Shown piece after piece: positions 1 to 14,352 of a DNA stretch of 64,000 nucleotides. Each line of letters opens with the position of its first letter. Within the stretch, counting starts at the first letter, position 1. The stretch is from Octopus sinensis. Lineage: Eukaryota. The position numbers and the translations under genes were made by a program. Location of the stretch: contig NC_043000.1 in NCBI RefSeq assembly GCF_006345805.1, positions 126,790,001-126,854,000 on the forward strand. Direction: 5' to 3'. The notes beneath the pieces are model-generated. The model did not search any database, was not told where the DNA came from, and was given only the letters and a program-made list of their open reading frames with translations.

Positions 1-584
1 TTGTGTGTGTGTGTGTGTATTCATATAAAAGAAAGGAGAGAGAAAACACTTATGAAAAAAGAATAAAAAAAAGGACTTATTCATTGTGGCATAGAGATGT
101 ATTATATGAGGGAAAAAAAAAACAACTACACATCCATTCATTTATACACATACACATATACATACATGCATACATATAGATAGAGAGATCAGCAGAGAGA
201 TAGCAAAGAAATGAAGGAATGCTAATCTATTAAAAGTATATATTGGCATCAAGGGTTCTATAAATCCATAGAAATTTCACTACAAAAAACTTATGTAAGA
301 TAGAGAGTGAAATTAAATAGGAAAAACTTTTTTGTTGTTTAACCCTCAGATCAACCATGATTGAGCAGATATATGATGAAAGGCAATTGTACTATGACCT
401 TTTAATTGTTTTTGTTCATCTAGGACTACATTAGATAATGTGTTCTTTTCTTTTAAGATAACAGAGTGCAATCTGAGCAAAATTTGACTGCTATTTCTTG
501 CAAACTGTGTGACCATACTGAACATTGGCTCCCCAACTTTTGTAACTCAGTGTCCTAGTATTGTGTGTTGAAAAAAAAAGCAAA

Positions 585-960
585 GTGCGTGGTAAGTAGC
601 TTGCTTACAAACCACATGGTTCCAGGTTCAGTTCCACTGCATGGCACCTTGGGCAAGTGTCTTCTACTATAGCCTTGGGCCGACCAAAGCCTTGTGAGTG
701 GATCTGGTAGACAGAAACTGAAAGAAGTCCATCGTATATATGTATGTGTGAGTGTATATGTTTGTGTGTCTGTGTTTGTCAACTTGACAACTGATGCTGG
801 TGTGTTTACTTTCCCGTAACTTAGCAGTTCGGCAAAAGACACCGATAGAGTAAGTACTAGGCTTATGAAGAATAAGTCCTGGGGTCGATTTGCTCGACTA
901 AAGGCAGTGCTCCAGCATGGCCGCAGTCAAATGACTGAAACAAGTAAAAGATTAAAAGAG
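585..960 (+). mobile_element. tRNA-derived SINE, family A
   Basis: Pol III-like head (GTGGTAAG...GGTTCAGTTCC), internal (TG)n/(TA)n tract, tail CAAGTAAAAG; many copies in the window. Boundaries are approximate. Confidence 0.85.
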
Positions 961-2062
961 TAAACAAATAGGTTATTTTAATGAGACAGAAGCTAATTTC
1001 ATACAGTGGTTTATCGTCATATTTTTTTTAATATTATTCCATTCCATCCAGCTTATGCTGTTTAATCATCATCAGCATTTAATATCCATGGATTAGACTG
1101 TTTAATTGGAGCTGGCAAATCAGAGGACAGTGCTAAGCTCTGTTGTCTACTTTGGCATGGTTTCTACAGCTGGATGCCCTTCCTAATGCCAACCACTGTA
1201 TAAAGTGTACTGGGTTCTTTTTATGTGGCATCAGCACTGATGAGGTGCACCAAGTAATTTGCAAGAGAAAGACTCCCTCAACTGGGAGGGTGTGTGGAAT
1301 TGAGGGAGGTGACTTTGTGCCAGGTGATGAGTGATTAAACTATGACAGGGGGACAGAAACAGGTGTCTTGCTGTAGAGGAGATATATGGTTACCCCAGTT
1401 GGAGAGGGAGAGAGAGAAGATGGTAGTGATGTGTCAGAGCATACCCTCAAGGTACAAGTAAAAGTAAAGTGTAAAGACCACCCTTTGGTCATGAATAACC
1501 ATGGGATTACACCCAGAAAGTTCCCCTCCAAGGCACAAGTCCAAGCAAGGTTGTTTAAAGAAGATCAGCAGTGAAATAAAGTCTCTTGCTCAAGAACACA
1601 ACACACAAACCAGTCCAGGAATTGAACTCACTACCTCATGATTGTGAGCCCGATGCTCTAACCACCGAACTATATTTCTTGGTGAATGTAAATGGAAAGG
1701 TACAGAGGATTGGCAGGGTGAGTGAGAAGGGAGTTCATGTGAGTGCAAAAAGGGAGAGCAGAAGAGAAGGGGAATACTGTGAGTGTTAAACACAGGCATA
1801 GGGGGAACCATAATGCAGTCATATTCCTCCTCATTGATAACATAGTATATGCATTATTGTACATCATTGATTACATAACCTTTTATCATCTTTGCCAGCC
1901 CACTGCCTCTGCTAATCAATTTCAATGTTTCTCTATTAACTTTAATTTCTTATGTTAACTCTCTTTGTACCTCTCTCTCTTTTACTCCTCCCATTTACAC
2001 GATGTGAAATGTGGCTGGAGAAATCAACCAACAGACCAACCAACCAACTAACCAACATTTAC

Positions 2063-2451
2063 CCTCTTTTACTTGTTTCAGTCATTTGACTGCAGCCATG
2101 CTGGAGCACCGCCTTTAGTCGAGCAAATCAACCCCAGGACTTATTCTTTGTAAGCCTAGTACTTATTCTAAATGTCTCTTTTGCTGAACTGCTAAGTTAC
2201 GGGGATGTAAACACACCACCATTGGTTGTCAAGCGATGTTGGGGGGACAAACACAGACATACAAACACACACACACACACATATATACGATGGACTTCTT
2301 TCAGTTTCCGTCTACCAAATCCACTCCCAAGGCTTTGGTCGGCCCGAGGCTATAGAAGAAGACAGTTGCCCAAGGTGCCACACAGTGGAACTGAACCCGG
2401 AACAATGTGGTTGGTAAGCAAGCTACTTACCACACAGCTACTCCTGCACCT
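2063..2451 (-). mobile_element. tRNA-derived SINE, family A
   Basis: Reverse complement of the 585-960 element. Confidence 0.88.
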
Positions 2452-3452
2452 ATTTGTATAAGCTGTTATTATAAAGAATGTGTGTGCATGTGTATGTGCG
2501 CACGTGTGTGTATATATGCATACAGATAGACACACAAACACAAGCACATAATATTTAGGGTGAACAATAAAGCACCATCATTATTCAAGGTCCTTGTTCC
2601 ATCCTGATATGGATAGGATGGTTCGTTAGGGAACTGGCGAGCTGCAGGGCTGTGTTAAGCTCTAACGTAATCTTTGGCATGTTTTCTATGGCTGGATACC
2701 ATTTCATAATGCCAACCATTTTACAGAGTGTCCTGGGTGCATTTTTCATGCCACTGGCACTCGTGAGGTTGCCATGTAAGTTACAAAACAGAAGAAGAAT
2801 GGAGAAAAAGGAAAAGAAAAAAACAAAAGGCTCCTGCTACTAAAAGGAAGTATTTGGGAGGACAACATTGAGGTGGGTGGCTGTATACCAGGTGTTAAAA
2901 GGCTAAAGTATGATGGAGGGACAAGCAAAAGTATAGAGAAGAAAAAGAGAGAAGTGAATACAGATTCCACACATAGCAAAGTAAAAATTTATGAAGAGAG
3001 ACGTTTTGTGTGTGTGTGTGTGTGTAGTTTTTAGATATTAAAATGCTATAGAAGGTGGTAGATAAAAACGTAACATCTATGCTGATTACAAAGATTTAAT
3101 ATGTTTACAGCTATAGATATATTATATACTTGAAGAGACGTGGTAGTAGTAGTAGTGGTAGTAGCAGTAGTAGTAGTAGCAGTAGTAGTCATGTGGTGAT
3201 AAATTCCCCAATTTTTCTTTTTTTTTTTATTAATAGTAAGTTATTATGACATTTAGTTGAAATTAATGCGGAATTTGAAAACTAACCGGAAAGGTAATCT
3301 AGAATATAAGTATAAAGTGTGTTGAAGAAATGTGCAAGAATATAGGTACCATTCTGGAATATATTGCAGATTCAGAGAGTTAATTTGATAAGGTGATAGT
3401 TAATACTAGTACATATTAAATTAAATACATTCATATGCTTATAAATGTACAT

Positions 3453-3485
<33 letters not shown>

Positions 3486-3569
3486 ATATATATATATATA
3501 TATGTATATCATATTATATACACATATATGTGTGTACATATATATATGTATGTATACATATGTAATATA

Positions 3570-3610
<41 letters not shown>

Positions 3611-3837
3611 TATATCATATTATACATACACATATATAAATATATATATATATATATGGATGCATGCATTTAAATGTATTAATTATGTGTATTATAGTTT
3701 TGATATTAAAAAATATTATGCTTAGTCATGTGAGATTATATAGGCACATACATGCATACATACATATATGTATAATGCATGAAAGGTTGTTTTAGAGGAG
3801 TGACAGTTTTGCATGCTAAATAAAAAACAAAATTTAC

Positions 3838-3917
3838 GTGTCGGTGTCAGAAAGCTGCTCTTTCCTGTTGGGAGAAGGGCTAACTGAACTTGATCCAGAG
3901 ACCGGTCCGAAAAAGAA
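3838..3917 (-). CDS. SYNE1: Nesprin tail-linker exon Q (80 nt; phase 0 reading [26 protein letters not shown](T))
   Basis: Acceptor gttgctttcttcag|TTC; donor CAC|gtaaat; GC-rich island in AT-rich DNA; Ser/Pro-rich like the pre-KASH linker. Confidence 0.68.
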
Positions 3918-5085
3918 CTGAAGAAAGCAACATTAATAAAAGTTTGTAACATGATTGACAACAAAACACAACAGAACATAAAACAAAGCAAAAGTAATAA
4001 ATAGTAAAATTTAAAAGAAATATATAGTTGCATTAAACATTAATTTATCATATTTAACAAATAAAGTTCATTGGTTGAGTATTCATAATTAGTTATATCA
4101 TTTAACATGTGATTGGCTGTTTTGAAGCTTTATTGGGAGTGAGTTGTGATATTCATAATACTTTTTTTATGCAAGGGTATTTATTAATGTAAAAGGAAGA
4201 GTAAAAGACACAACTTGGAATAATCTGAAACTGTGTCTGCAATTCAGTTTGCTTGGAGCTTACAGTATACACAACATAACTCACCAAAGCCCAAAACACA
4301 ACAACAAGTTTAACAATATAAATATAAATCATGATGCAAAGAAAACAATAAAATATACATAAATATATTGTTAAAGGAACCTGAAAAAAATGGAAAGTAT
4401 TAAATTGTTCACTTCAGATTAACCCTTTCATTACCAACCCGGCTGAAACCGGCTTGGCTCTGTAGTACAAATGTCTTTTTTTCATAAATTTTGAATTAAT
4501 ATCTTCCTCCAAACCTTAGTCCCAATTTATGTTCCCAACACTAGCTTAATGATAACTAAATTATTTTAGTAAATTCTTTGTTATATTTAAAATAATTGAA
4601 AGAAACACAGAGCATCTCAACAGAAATATGGTAACGAAAGGGTTTAGTACATAAATGATAAACAAATAGCCAAGTTAAGATTAATAAAGACCTTAATAAA
4701 TGATCTACAACATGGTCAGCGACAAAAGATTAGTTTGCAATTATTACTATTATCATACTCAGTGATATGTAAAGTTGGTGTCAAAATCAACATTGGAGGA
4801 GCTTTCTACAGGATCATTCTATGAAGTCCAAGATGGAAAAATCGACAGTTGAGTATCTTAGTCTACCTACTTATACACATATGCATACAAGCATACATAC
4901 ATTTGGATTTACAAAAAGAGGAAAAAGAATGTACTCCATACAAATAATAATGTATGGATAGTGTAAAAATCTATTCCTGAATAAACTGATATTATCATCA
5001 TCAACACATATATCTTATATTTGAAACTGAGATCTTTCTTTTCACTGTTTCTCAGTTTTTAAAATTTCCAACTCAGATAGCCTAT

Positions 5086-5138
<53 letters not shown>

Positions 5139-5270
5139 ATTTTTGACACGTAAGAAAGTACCAAAATCTGAGTAACACCGAAAGAAATTCTCATCTTCAA
5201 ATGAAAACAGATAAACTATGTATTGAGCCTTTTCTTCTTTCTAAACCAAATGTAAGTATGCATGTGTGCA

Positions 5271-5334
<64 letters not shown>

Positions 5335-8300
5335 ATGTATATATGTATAATGATATCATAAATATAGTCTCATAATAACTAATGTTACCAAATAGTTACA
5401 TGCCGAAAACTCTTACAAAATTGGGTGAGGTAAATCAACAATCATTGGCTCAGCCATGTTTGATGACTATTGATTTTCCTTTCCACTTTTGAAAAGTTTT
5501 TCATCATGAAACCATTCAGTAAAATAAATTGGCTGAGATTGTATTTACAACATTATAAATAATACACGCATTCTGTTGCCAAGTATGATTTTCTTAAATT
5601 ATAAATTATTAATTATATAAAAATACAGAATGATATGAATATTTTGGAAGAAATTTTTGTACTGTGTTATGCACTGTTTACAGGCTTTCCAATACACGTG
5701 TGTGCATTGTCAGATATAAGGACAAGCTGAAGTGTAATCTCTCAGCAGTTAATATAGTCCACAACACCTTTGAGCAAACATCCTTGGGGGCAAACAAAAT
5801 GGAAATCATTGTGACAAAATGGTATAAGAGACTTTGTTTAAACCAGCATTAACAAACTTCAGAGCGCAAGGCAAAGGAGAAAAGCATCTGTGAAATATAC
5901 TGCCTGCACTGACCTATAATCCTCATTCTTGCAACATCTGTGGGCTTTGAAAATCATTGGAGGGACTCAGATGTCACATTGAACATCTGTATATATAAAT
6001 GGCAAGATGTGTGTGTATGTGTGTGTGTGCATAAATGTAATTTATGCATGTTCACAAATTATCATGCATGTCGCTCCAATTTTAGGAGGACATTCGTCAT
6101 GATCCTAGCTGTATTTTCGTCAACTTATTTTTCCCAGAGGCACCAGTGAATAGCAGTAAAAATAAATTTTCAACCAAAACTTTTTTCCTCGATGGAAACT
6201 TTTTTCCTCAATGGAAAAAAACAATTTTCAAGTTGGAGAAATCACCATTGTTTGCAAACAGAAGTTAAGTTCCCTTCTAGCTATGAGTAAGTTTATGTTA
6301 AGATTTTGTTGTTTTTTTTCCATCGAGAAAAAAAATGTTTTGTTGATATACGGGCAACACACACGCACTCAAGAACATGTATGCGTACAAAAAACATGTA
6401 TGCAATAGGTGTACATACATATGTGTGTGTATGTGTGCCGCCCATATATATATATATATTTATAAACCAATTTCAATGGATTTCACCCAAATTTGACGTC
6501 GATGTCAGTTTGGTTTGGTTTGAAATAAAGAACTTGATTAGCTTAATAATCCTAACTTAATCCTGGGCAAAGTTGGGTTATACTGCTAGTAAGCATTATG
6601 ATTGACAAAGAAAATGTAGGTTGTAAGATCCTCATACATCGAAACTGACAGGAGAGTCTATCATATATACACACACTTTACTGTTTTAGGGAAAAAAGAT
6701 AACTTCAAGATACTTCCTTTTGAGTTAGATTGACCATTAGCTATCAATTACTACATTTTTATGTTTATATATACACATTTATGAAGAGGAACATTTATAA
6801 TTGTCAACATACATTCATTATATAAGAATTAGTTGTTATGAAGTAACAGCGGATGAAAAGTTTGTGAAATATGTGGTAACTTTTAAATCATTCAGGTGTT
6901 TAAAATACTTCTTCTTAGCATGTGAAAGGGAAATTAAGAAAATTTTCACAGATACCACTTAAAATTTTTCCATCTGAAACTTATGTAAGCTTTCAAAATT
7001 CGAATAAACTCATTATAAATAAACAGTCATTATTATGAATATGTAGAAATGAAAAATAAACAAAAATTATCCTTATAAAATTTCCATGGCAGAAGAAAAA
7101 TCTTTCTGCTGTACCTCTTATATTTCTAAATTGGTAGAATGTGACTGAAGCAATCTAAAATTTTAGAAGATTTGAATTTTGCATTTTAAAATATTTATTT
7201 ATTAAGCCATGCTATATCAATGATGCAGTGATACATTACGTTAAACTTAATAAATATATAAAACAAGAACCATATATTTACATATGATGCTTATACATGT
7301 TATATAATAACAGAATCTATAAATGGTGTAAGCAATCAGAAATAAGTAGAGATAGAATATTGGTCTTCTTGGTTGGTAGATTTAATTTGCCAACTAGTTT
7401 AAAACAACCACCTGGTTCTTGGGTGCTTTTAGTGCAGTCTACTCTGTTGCAAGTAATTAACTCTTTAGCATTCAGTTTATTCAGTCAAGTGAACTGCTTA
7501 TTAATTCATGTCTTGAATTAACGATGCATTATCTTGCAGCTTTGAGATTTCAATGATGTGATTGTTTATTTTTAGAATGACATTGTAGGGTTGGTGTGAG
7601 AGCTGAAATCTGGTTGGCTTTGATCACAAAACAAGTAGAATATATAGGCCAGATATAGATGGTTTAAATGCTAAAGGGTTAAATCAAGTCATCAGTCCAA
7701 GAATATTTCTTTTCCTCCTCCTACCAATCTCAGAATCCCTAAAAAGCATTGTGGGTTCTGCCATTCCTCATATAACAAAGCCATTAAGATATATTAATCT
7801 AGAGTGGATTGATTAAATAGTGAGCTGTCAGATGAGAAGTGGGTAGTTTCTATCCTGTCTGTTGTATTGTATTGTCTCCATGGCTATAAGGTTGATACTT
7901 AAATCTTAATTGGCCTGGTTCACCTAGCTGTAACAAAACACTGGTGTATAGGAACAATTTCTTGTTTCAAGCAGTAGCAGCATCATAACTTATTTGGTGA
8001 GTGATTTTGTAAGATTACTGTAAAAAAGTCTAATTCTTCCTGTAGGAGATGCTGCCTGTAATAGACTGACACCATATTCAAGAGAAATGAATCTTTCGTC
8101 TAGGGCTAATGATTAAAAAAACTAAAGATAACGACCAAGTCATATGGATTATTGTTGTCTTTTCAGATGGATATATACCTCTGTAAGACGGGTATTGGAA
8201 GAGTTAAATATTTTGTCCAGTGATACAGCATAATGCCAATATTTTGAATATGGCAGCATCATCTGGGGACTACACTACATCAAGAACCAGATTCTTGTAT

Positions 8301-9875
8301 AAATTACACAAGAGAAAGCTATTGATCCAGTGTAGCTTTACACAACTGGCTGCATGAAGCACTTGATTTGCCTTCAAAGCTTGACAGATAAAGAAAAGAA
8401 ATATGATATATGCTTATAAAATATTGATGTAGGAAACTAAACCTCTTAGAACAATATCTCAGGATTCAGTCAGCTGTCAACGAAAAGTCATTCATATAAA
8501 TTAAATGTTATTTAAGATGCGATGGTTGAAGATAGTTTGATGGCAAACCTTCTAAAATGGCATCAATGTAAATTGGAATCAATTACCAAGGGAGGTTGTT
8601 GAGTCAAAGACTACCTAGTAATTTAAGAACAGAATTCATAAATATTGGAAGAACCTTAAATGCTTTTCTAATGTATAAGAAGGGTAGATTATGAAAACAT
8701 TGACTTTTACAAGTTGGTCTATCAGCCATAATAACTGCAAATTCAAGTGGAAAAGTAGTAAGAATCCACGAGGATTTGGATGGAAGCCCATCATTTTATT
8801 CACCTGACTTGAGAATTTCTTCAGCTTTGACTTGTCAGAAAGAGAACAAAGACGAATAAATAAAAATTGCAAACTAAACCCTTTTGTTACTTCCATGTGA
8901 ATCTTATTATATCTAATGGTTTCTTATTCAGAAACTGAATTCAGGAAATTATAAAGTGGCATAAAACAACATAGAAATAAGTTAGTTCTAATATATGTAT
9001 GTGTGTGTATATGTGTGTGTGTGTATGTGTGTGCTTGTGTATATATATATCTGACTCCATTGCTATCTATATCTGGTATACATGTATGTATATGTCATCA
9101 TAACCAACAATACTTTAATATCTATTTTTTCATCTATATACAGGTTAGAGGGGTCAGTTGTACAACTTATTGCCAATTGCATTGGAAATTGTAATCTTTC
9201 AATTAACTTGAGGTTAAATGCTTTTGTTAATAAATATGTCGATTATTTAATGATTTGGATTTAATGGATATTCAAACTGGCCATAGCAAATGGACATAAA
9301 AATATGAGTGCATACAAATGTATACATGCACATATACAAAAATGTTCCTTCTATCATGGGGTGTTTGCTTTTGCTTTGCAAGCAGCAAAGTGACCCAACA
9401 GTGCTGGTGCCACAGAAAGCATTTATTATACTCTGTAAGTAATTGATTCAAGCAGTAACAACACAAGGCTTGAGAGAGTTGTTTAGTCTTACTGATGGCA
9501 AGGAAACCTCTGTAGTGCAGGTGCCATGAAATGTATACAGTACTCTCATAAAGTCATTGGTGTCAAGAAGGCCTACTGCAAGCCATTTAGCATATAGTCA
9601 CAGTAGATGATATGACCTGCAGCAAGCCTTGTTTGGTATGCAGCATTGATAAGTCAAAACAATGAAGAAACATTCAGGTTTGTCACTCTGAGAAAAGACC
9701 TAATGGGAGTTGTTGTGATGGATTGTGACTTACTTTCAGGTGTTTTTAAGGTGCAAAGAGAATATATTCTCTTACACTTTAAAACAGCAGCCAACCCACA
9801 AACTAACAACACACATACCTTGTGTGTGTTCGATTTTGTTTATATATCTTTAGCCGCTTCTAATTCATATATGAA

Positions 9876-9937
<62 letters not shown>

Positions 9938-9941
9938 TACA

Positions 9942-9975
<34 letters not shown>

Positions 9976-10133
9976 TATAAAGATATACATACATACATAT
10001 ATCATCATCATTTAGCGTCCGCTTTCCATGCTAGCATGGGTTGGACGATTTGACTGAGGACAGGCGAACCAGATGGCTGCACCAGATGTTAAATGTATGT
10101 CCAGTCATAGAGTGACTATATACATATATATAC

Positions 10134-10167
<34 letters not shown>

Positions 10168-10263
10168 ACATACATACATATATATACATACATACATATA
10201 TATACATACATATACATACATATACATATATACATACATATACATATATACATACATACATAT

Positions 10264-10309
<46 letters not shown>

Positions 10310-12389
10310 AAAGAGGCCTGATCAAGTCCCTATGAAATTCTCACTTGGGAGTGGAAAGTTCCTGGGGCATGGTCAGGTGACTTAGAATAAAGAATTCAAA
10401 GTCAGAAGTCTGAGTTTTAGTATCTATAATCCATAACTGTGGGTCCAGCAAAATATAATTTATTGGATTAAACAATGGTTCTGGTTTAAATGTTTGTGCA
10501 AATTAAAGTTTTGTCATCTGGTTTGAGGGACCGGAATCTCAGCTGCAATATATTCTCTTCATTTGGTGAAAAATTTATTTTTTACCCAATGACGCCTAAC
10601 CGCACTTAAAGGAAGGCCAAGATGGAGTTAGCAGGTATTATTATCAAGAATGCAGAACTAGCAAATCCAAACACCCAGCCTTTGATGATACAACAGTGCT
10701 AATAGGAATTCTAAAAAAAAAAAAGAAAACTTTGTGTGTGCATGCATGCAGACATGTGTTTGTGTTAATACTTTTGCATTGCCAAAGATCTGGTCTTTGA
10801 ATTTGCTTGTAATACATTCAGGCAATAAAGAATTTTAATTTCCTTCAGGATTTCCTTTGACTGTAGTTAGGTTTCAGAGGTTCTATGTTGGAATATTGAA
10901 GAATTCTTTGCAAATGTGCCGTGTCAACTATTTCATCCAAACAATAAAAATGTATGTGTGTTTCTATGTGACTGTTTCTGTCTGTGTGTGCATGGGTGTG
11001 TATGCGTGTATGTACTTTTCAGTATGTGTGTATGACTGTGTATACACACATACGCATTTGTACATACACACACGCATTACATAAGAAGCCATCTATTTCC
11101 TTAGGCCTAGTAAATTTACAGCCTCAACTGAACTGTTCAGATATTAAATGTAGCATTTAATACATATAAATCTTTATCTTTTATCTTTTACTTGTTTCAG
11201 TGAATAGCCTGTGGCCATGCTGGGGCATCACCTTGAAGAATTTTAATCAAATGAATCAACCCCAGTACTTACTTTTTAAAGCCTGGGACATATTCTCTTG
11301 GACTCTTTTGCCAAACATCTAATCAACATCGGTTATCAAGTGGTGGTGGTGGTGGGGAACAAACACAAACACACATAATATATATATAAGGTACACCAGG
11401 CATGTACAGCCCAACCATATGTGCACAACATGGCGACCTCATATCAAGATAAACAGTGCATAACTTTGCAGGTGGGGGCTCAGTTAGAATTTTCTTCAGG
11501 TTGAGTATCCCATCCCATTCAAACAGTCCCTGATTAAAAGTTGTTTAAGGATGATATGAATGGAACACCCATGTTTCCAGTGGTGAATTATTCAAACACC
11601 AAAGATTTCCTCTCAACACACAGCTATGATGTTCCCACACTACTCCTGCTCATGATCAGAGTTGCACATATCATCAGCCACTAAGGGACATGCTCAAGTG
11701 GTTACGGTCAAGCAGCTGACAAGCAAATTTATAGTATTGGGCAGAATATTTACTGTAGACTGTAGCCCATCTTTTACATCAAGACTAAAACATGTACATA
11801 ATAACACTTCCAATCAGTTAAGATCAGAAGCCATATGACCCACTGCCTGGAACTACATCAAGGCATAATTATTATCATTATTTTCATTATCATCTTTCAA
11901 TTCTGTTTCCATTTCTTGCCAAGTGTCTTCCTGACACTCAGGGCAGAGAAATGTACAGTATACATTGGTAGGCCACTGTGGCTCTTTATGTAATGAGCTC
12001 AAATTTTGCCAATGTCAACTTCGTCTTTCATTTTTCCAAGGCCAATAAAATAAATACCAGCTGAATATTGAGGATCACTGTAATTGACTTACACCCTTTC
12101 TTCAAAATTTCTGACCTTGTGTCAAAATCAGAAAGAATTATTATTATTACGCAATGAGAAGAGCACAATACAATTTGTAATAAATAGAGATGGATTCTGT
12201 TTATTAAATATTTTGACAGAAATGTCTGTCTTCCTTGAATTCAAAATGAAAAATGAACCTGAGGAAGATAGACATACTGTTGAAATATTGTTCAATGCAA
12301 TAAACACAGCCAACCTCTATTTATTATCTTGCTCTTCTTATCGTGTATTTACCTTCATGGAGAGTTATGTCAGTCTTCAAATAATCCTC

Positions 12390-12430
<41 letters not shown>

Positions 12431-13463
12431 GGTGGCATGCTAGCATGTCAGGTGAAATGCTTAGCAGCATTTCGTCTCCTGTTACGTCCTGAGTTAAAAT
12501 TCCGCCAAGGTCGACTTTGCCTTTCATCCTTTCAAGGTCGATAAATTAAGTACCAGTTAGGCACTGGGGTCGATGTAATTGACTTAATCCCTTGTTTGTC
12601 CCCTCTATGTTTAGCCTCCTGTGGGCAATAAAGAAATAAATTATTATTATTATTATTAGGCAGCGATCTGGCAGAATCGTTAGCACGTTGGGCGAAATGC
12701 TTAGTGGTATTTCATCTGCCATTAGGTTTTGAGTTCGAATTCCGCTGGGGTTGACCTTGCCTTTCATCCTTTTGTGGTCGATAAAATTAGTACCAATTAC
12801 AAACTGGGGTTGATGTAGCGGACTTAATCCCTTCCTTCCAAATTTGAGGCCTTGTGCCTCAAGTAGAAAGGATTATTATTATTATTATAGGTGCAGGAGT
12901 GGCTGTGTGGTAAGTAGCTTGCTTACCAACTACATGGTTCCGGGTTCAGTCCCACTGTGTGGCACCTTGGGCAAGTGTCTTCTACTATAGCCATATGATG
13001 AGTGTGTGTATGTAAATGTGTGAGTATGTGTGTGTGTGTATTGATAAATTGATTCATTCCCACAATACTTAATGCTTCATGGTTGTGGAAAGTAGCCATG
13101 TCCTCATACATACAGAGTCAGAGTGAAATAAATAGAAATATCAAAATAGCTTCTAGGTGAGAATATTTGGTCTTCTATTGTTTAGTTCAGGTCACATGAA
13201 TGATTTGGATGAACAACACAGAAAACACTGCAGACACAAAGTGTAAGCTTTCAAAAAGCTTAGGAGCACCAGTAGCTTCTTTGAAGATTTGATTCAAATC
13301 ACAATGATTCATCCTACCCATGCTGGCACAGAAAGTGGAAGTAAAATGTAGATAGTAAGACCTTGTAATAGAGCTACTGGGTTCTGCATTTTATCCTCTG
13401 ATTACATCGTAGAAAGATGTATAAAACAATTTATGACTGAATGTGTGCGTGTGTGTGTTATAT

Positions 13464-13517
<54 letters not shown>

Positions 13518-14283
13518 CTGTATAAATTTACATATACATTTGTACAAAGGCTAAAAATATTATTTACTAATACAAAACAATGAATTGTAAAGAAGATTAA
13601 CAAAAATTATTTAAAAAGAAATATATAGAAATGTTATTTCCAATCCTTATTTCTAATGTTTCAAGTGCATAAAGTTTAAGAGTAAGACATGATTTAAATA
13701 TCAGATAACAATGTTATTGAAAGAAGTGCAATTTAGAATTGAAAAAAATAAAACAAAGCATGAAATGTAAAGTAGATAATGAAATATTTTTCTTGATCCA
13801 CAGATTCTGTTCTAAATTAGAAAGTTTTATAAAAAAAAAAACTCCAAAACACTCTAGTAACTAAATGGGGAAAATATTCCGTTATTCAAGGAAACATGTT
13901 CTTACAAATTTATTTTTGAAAAAAGATATAATTCTAAAGAAATATCTTCAACTAATCACGAAAGAGAAAATATCACTTAGTTCCGTTACAGAATTTCTTG
14001 TATGCCCACCTATCTTCCACCATCACTTTCACATTAAAAAAAAAAATTTATAATGTTTTGTTCTGCAATCTATTTTATTCTTTCAAAGATCTTGTCATAG
14101 GCAGCTGTCTTAAGAGGACTCTGACTGTAATTGAAAATTTCTACCAGAAAGCAACTTTATTTTGTTAGATGTAAGTTTGGAATTAAAATAACTTCTATAG
14201 AATTATTTCACATAGTGACTGCACCTACGTTTCATTAAACTTATCTAAATATTCTGATACAATTTTATTGCTTTTTTCATTCA

Positions 14284-14352
<69 letters not shown>

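Noticed and set aside
1790-1850. Minus-strand INEEEYDCIMVPPMP, superficially like KASH EEDYSC...PPP
   Set aside because: An in-frame stop lies a few codons upstream, there is no preceding TM or acceptor, and it does not end in PPPX-stop
2746-4033. Hydrophobic ORFs 2746-2979 and 3722-4033 as possible KASH TM
   Set aside because: The hydrophobicity comes from a repeat element and T-rich intron, and no luminal KASH peptide follows
13191-13242. Plus-strand exon-like segment (ttagttcag|GTCAC...AAGT|gtaagc); similar case at 62436-62491
   Set aside because: These are isolated, have no partner exons or homology, and are expected by chance in 64 kb
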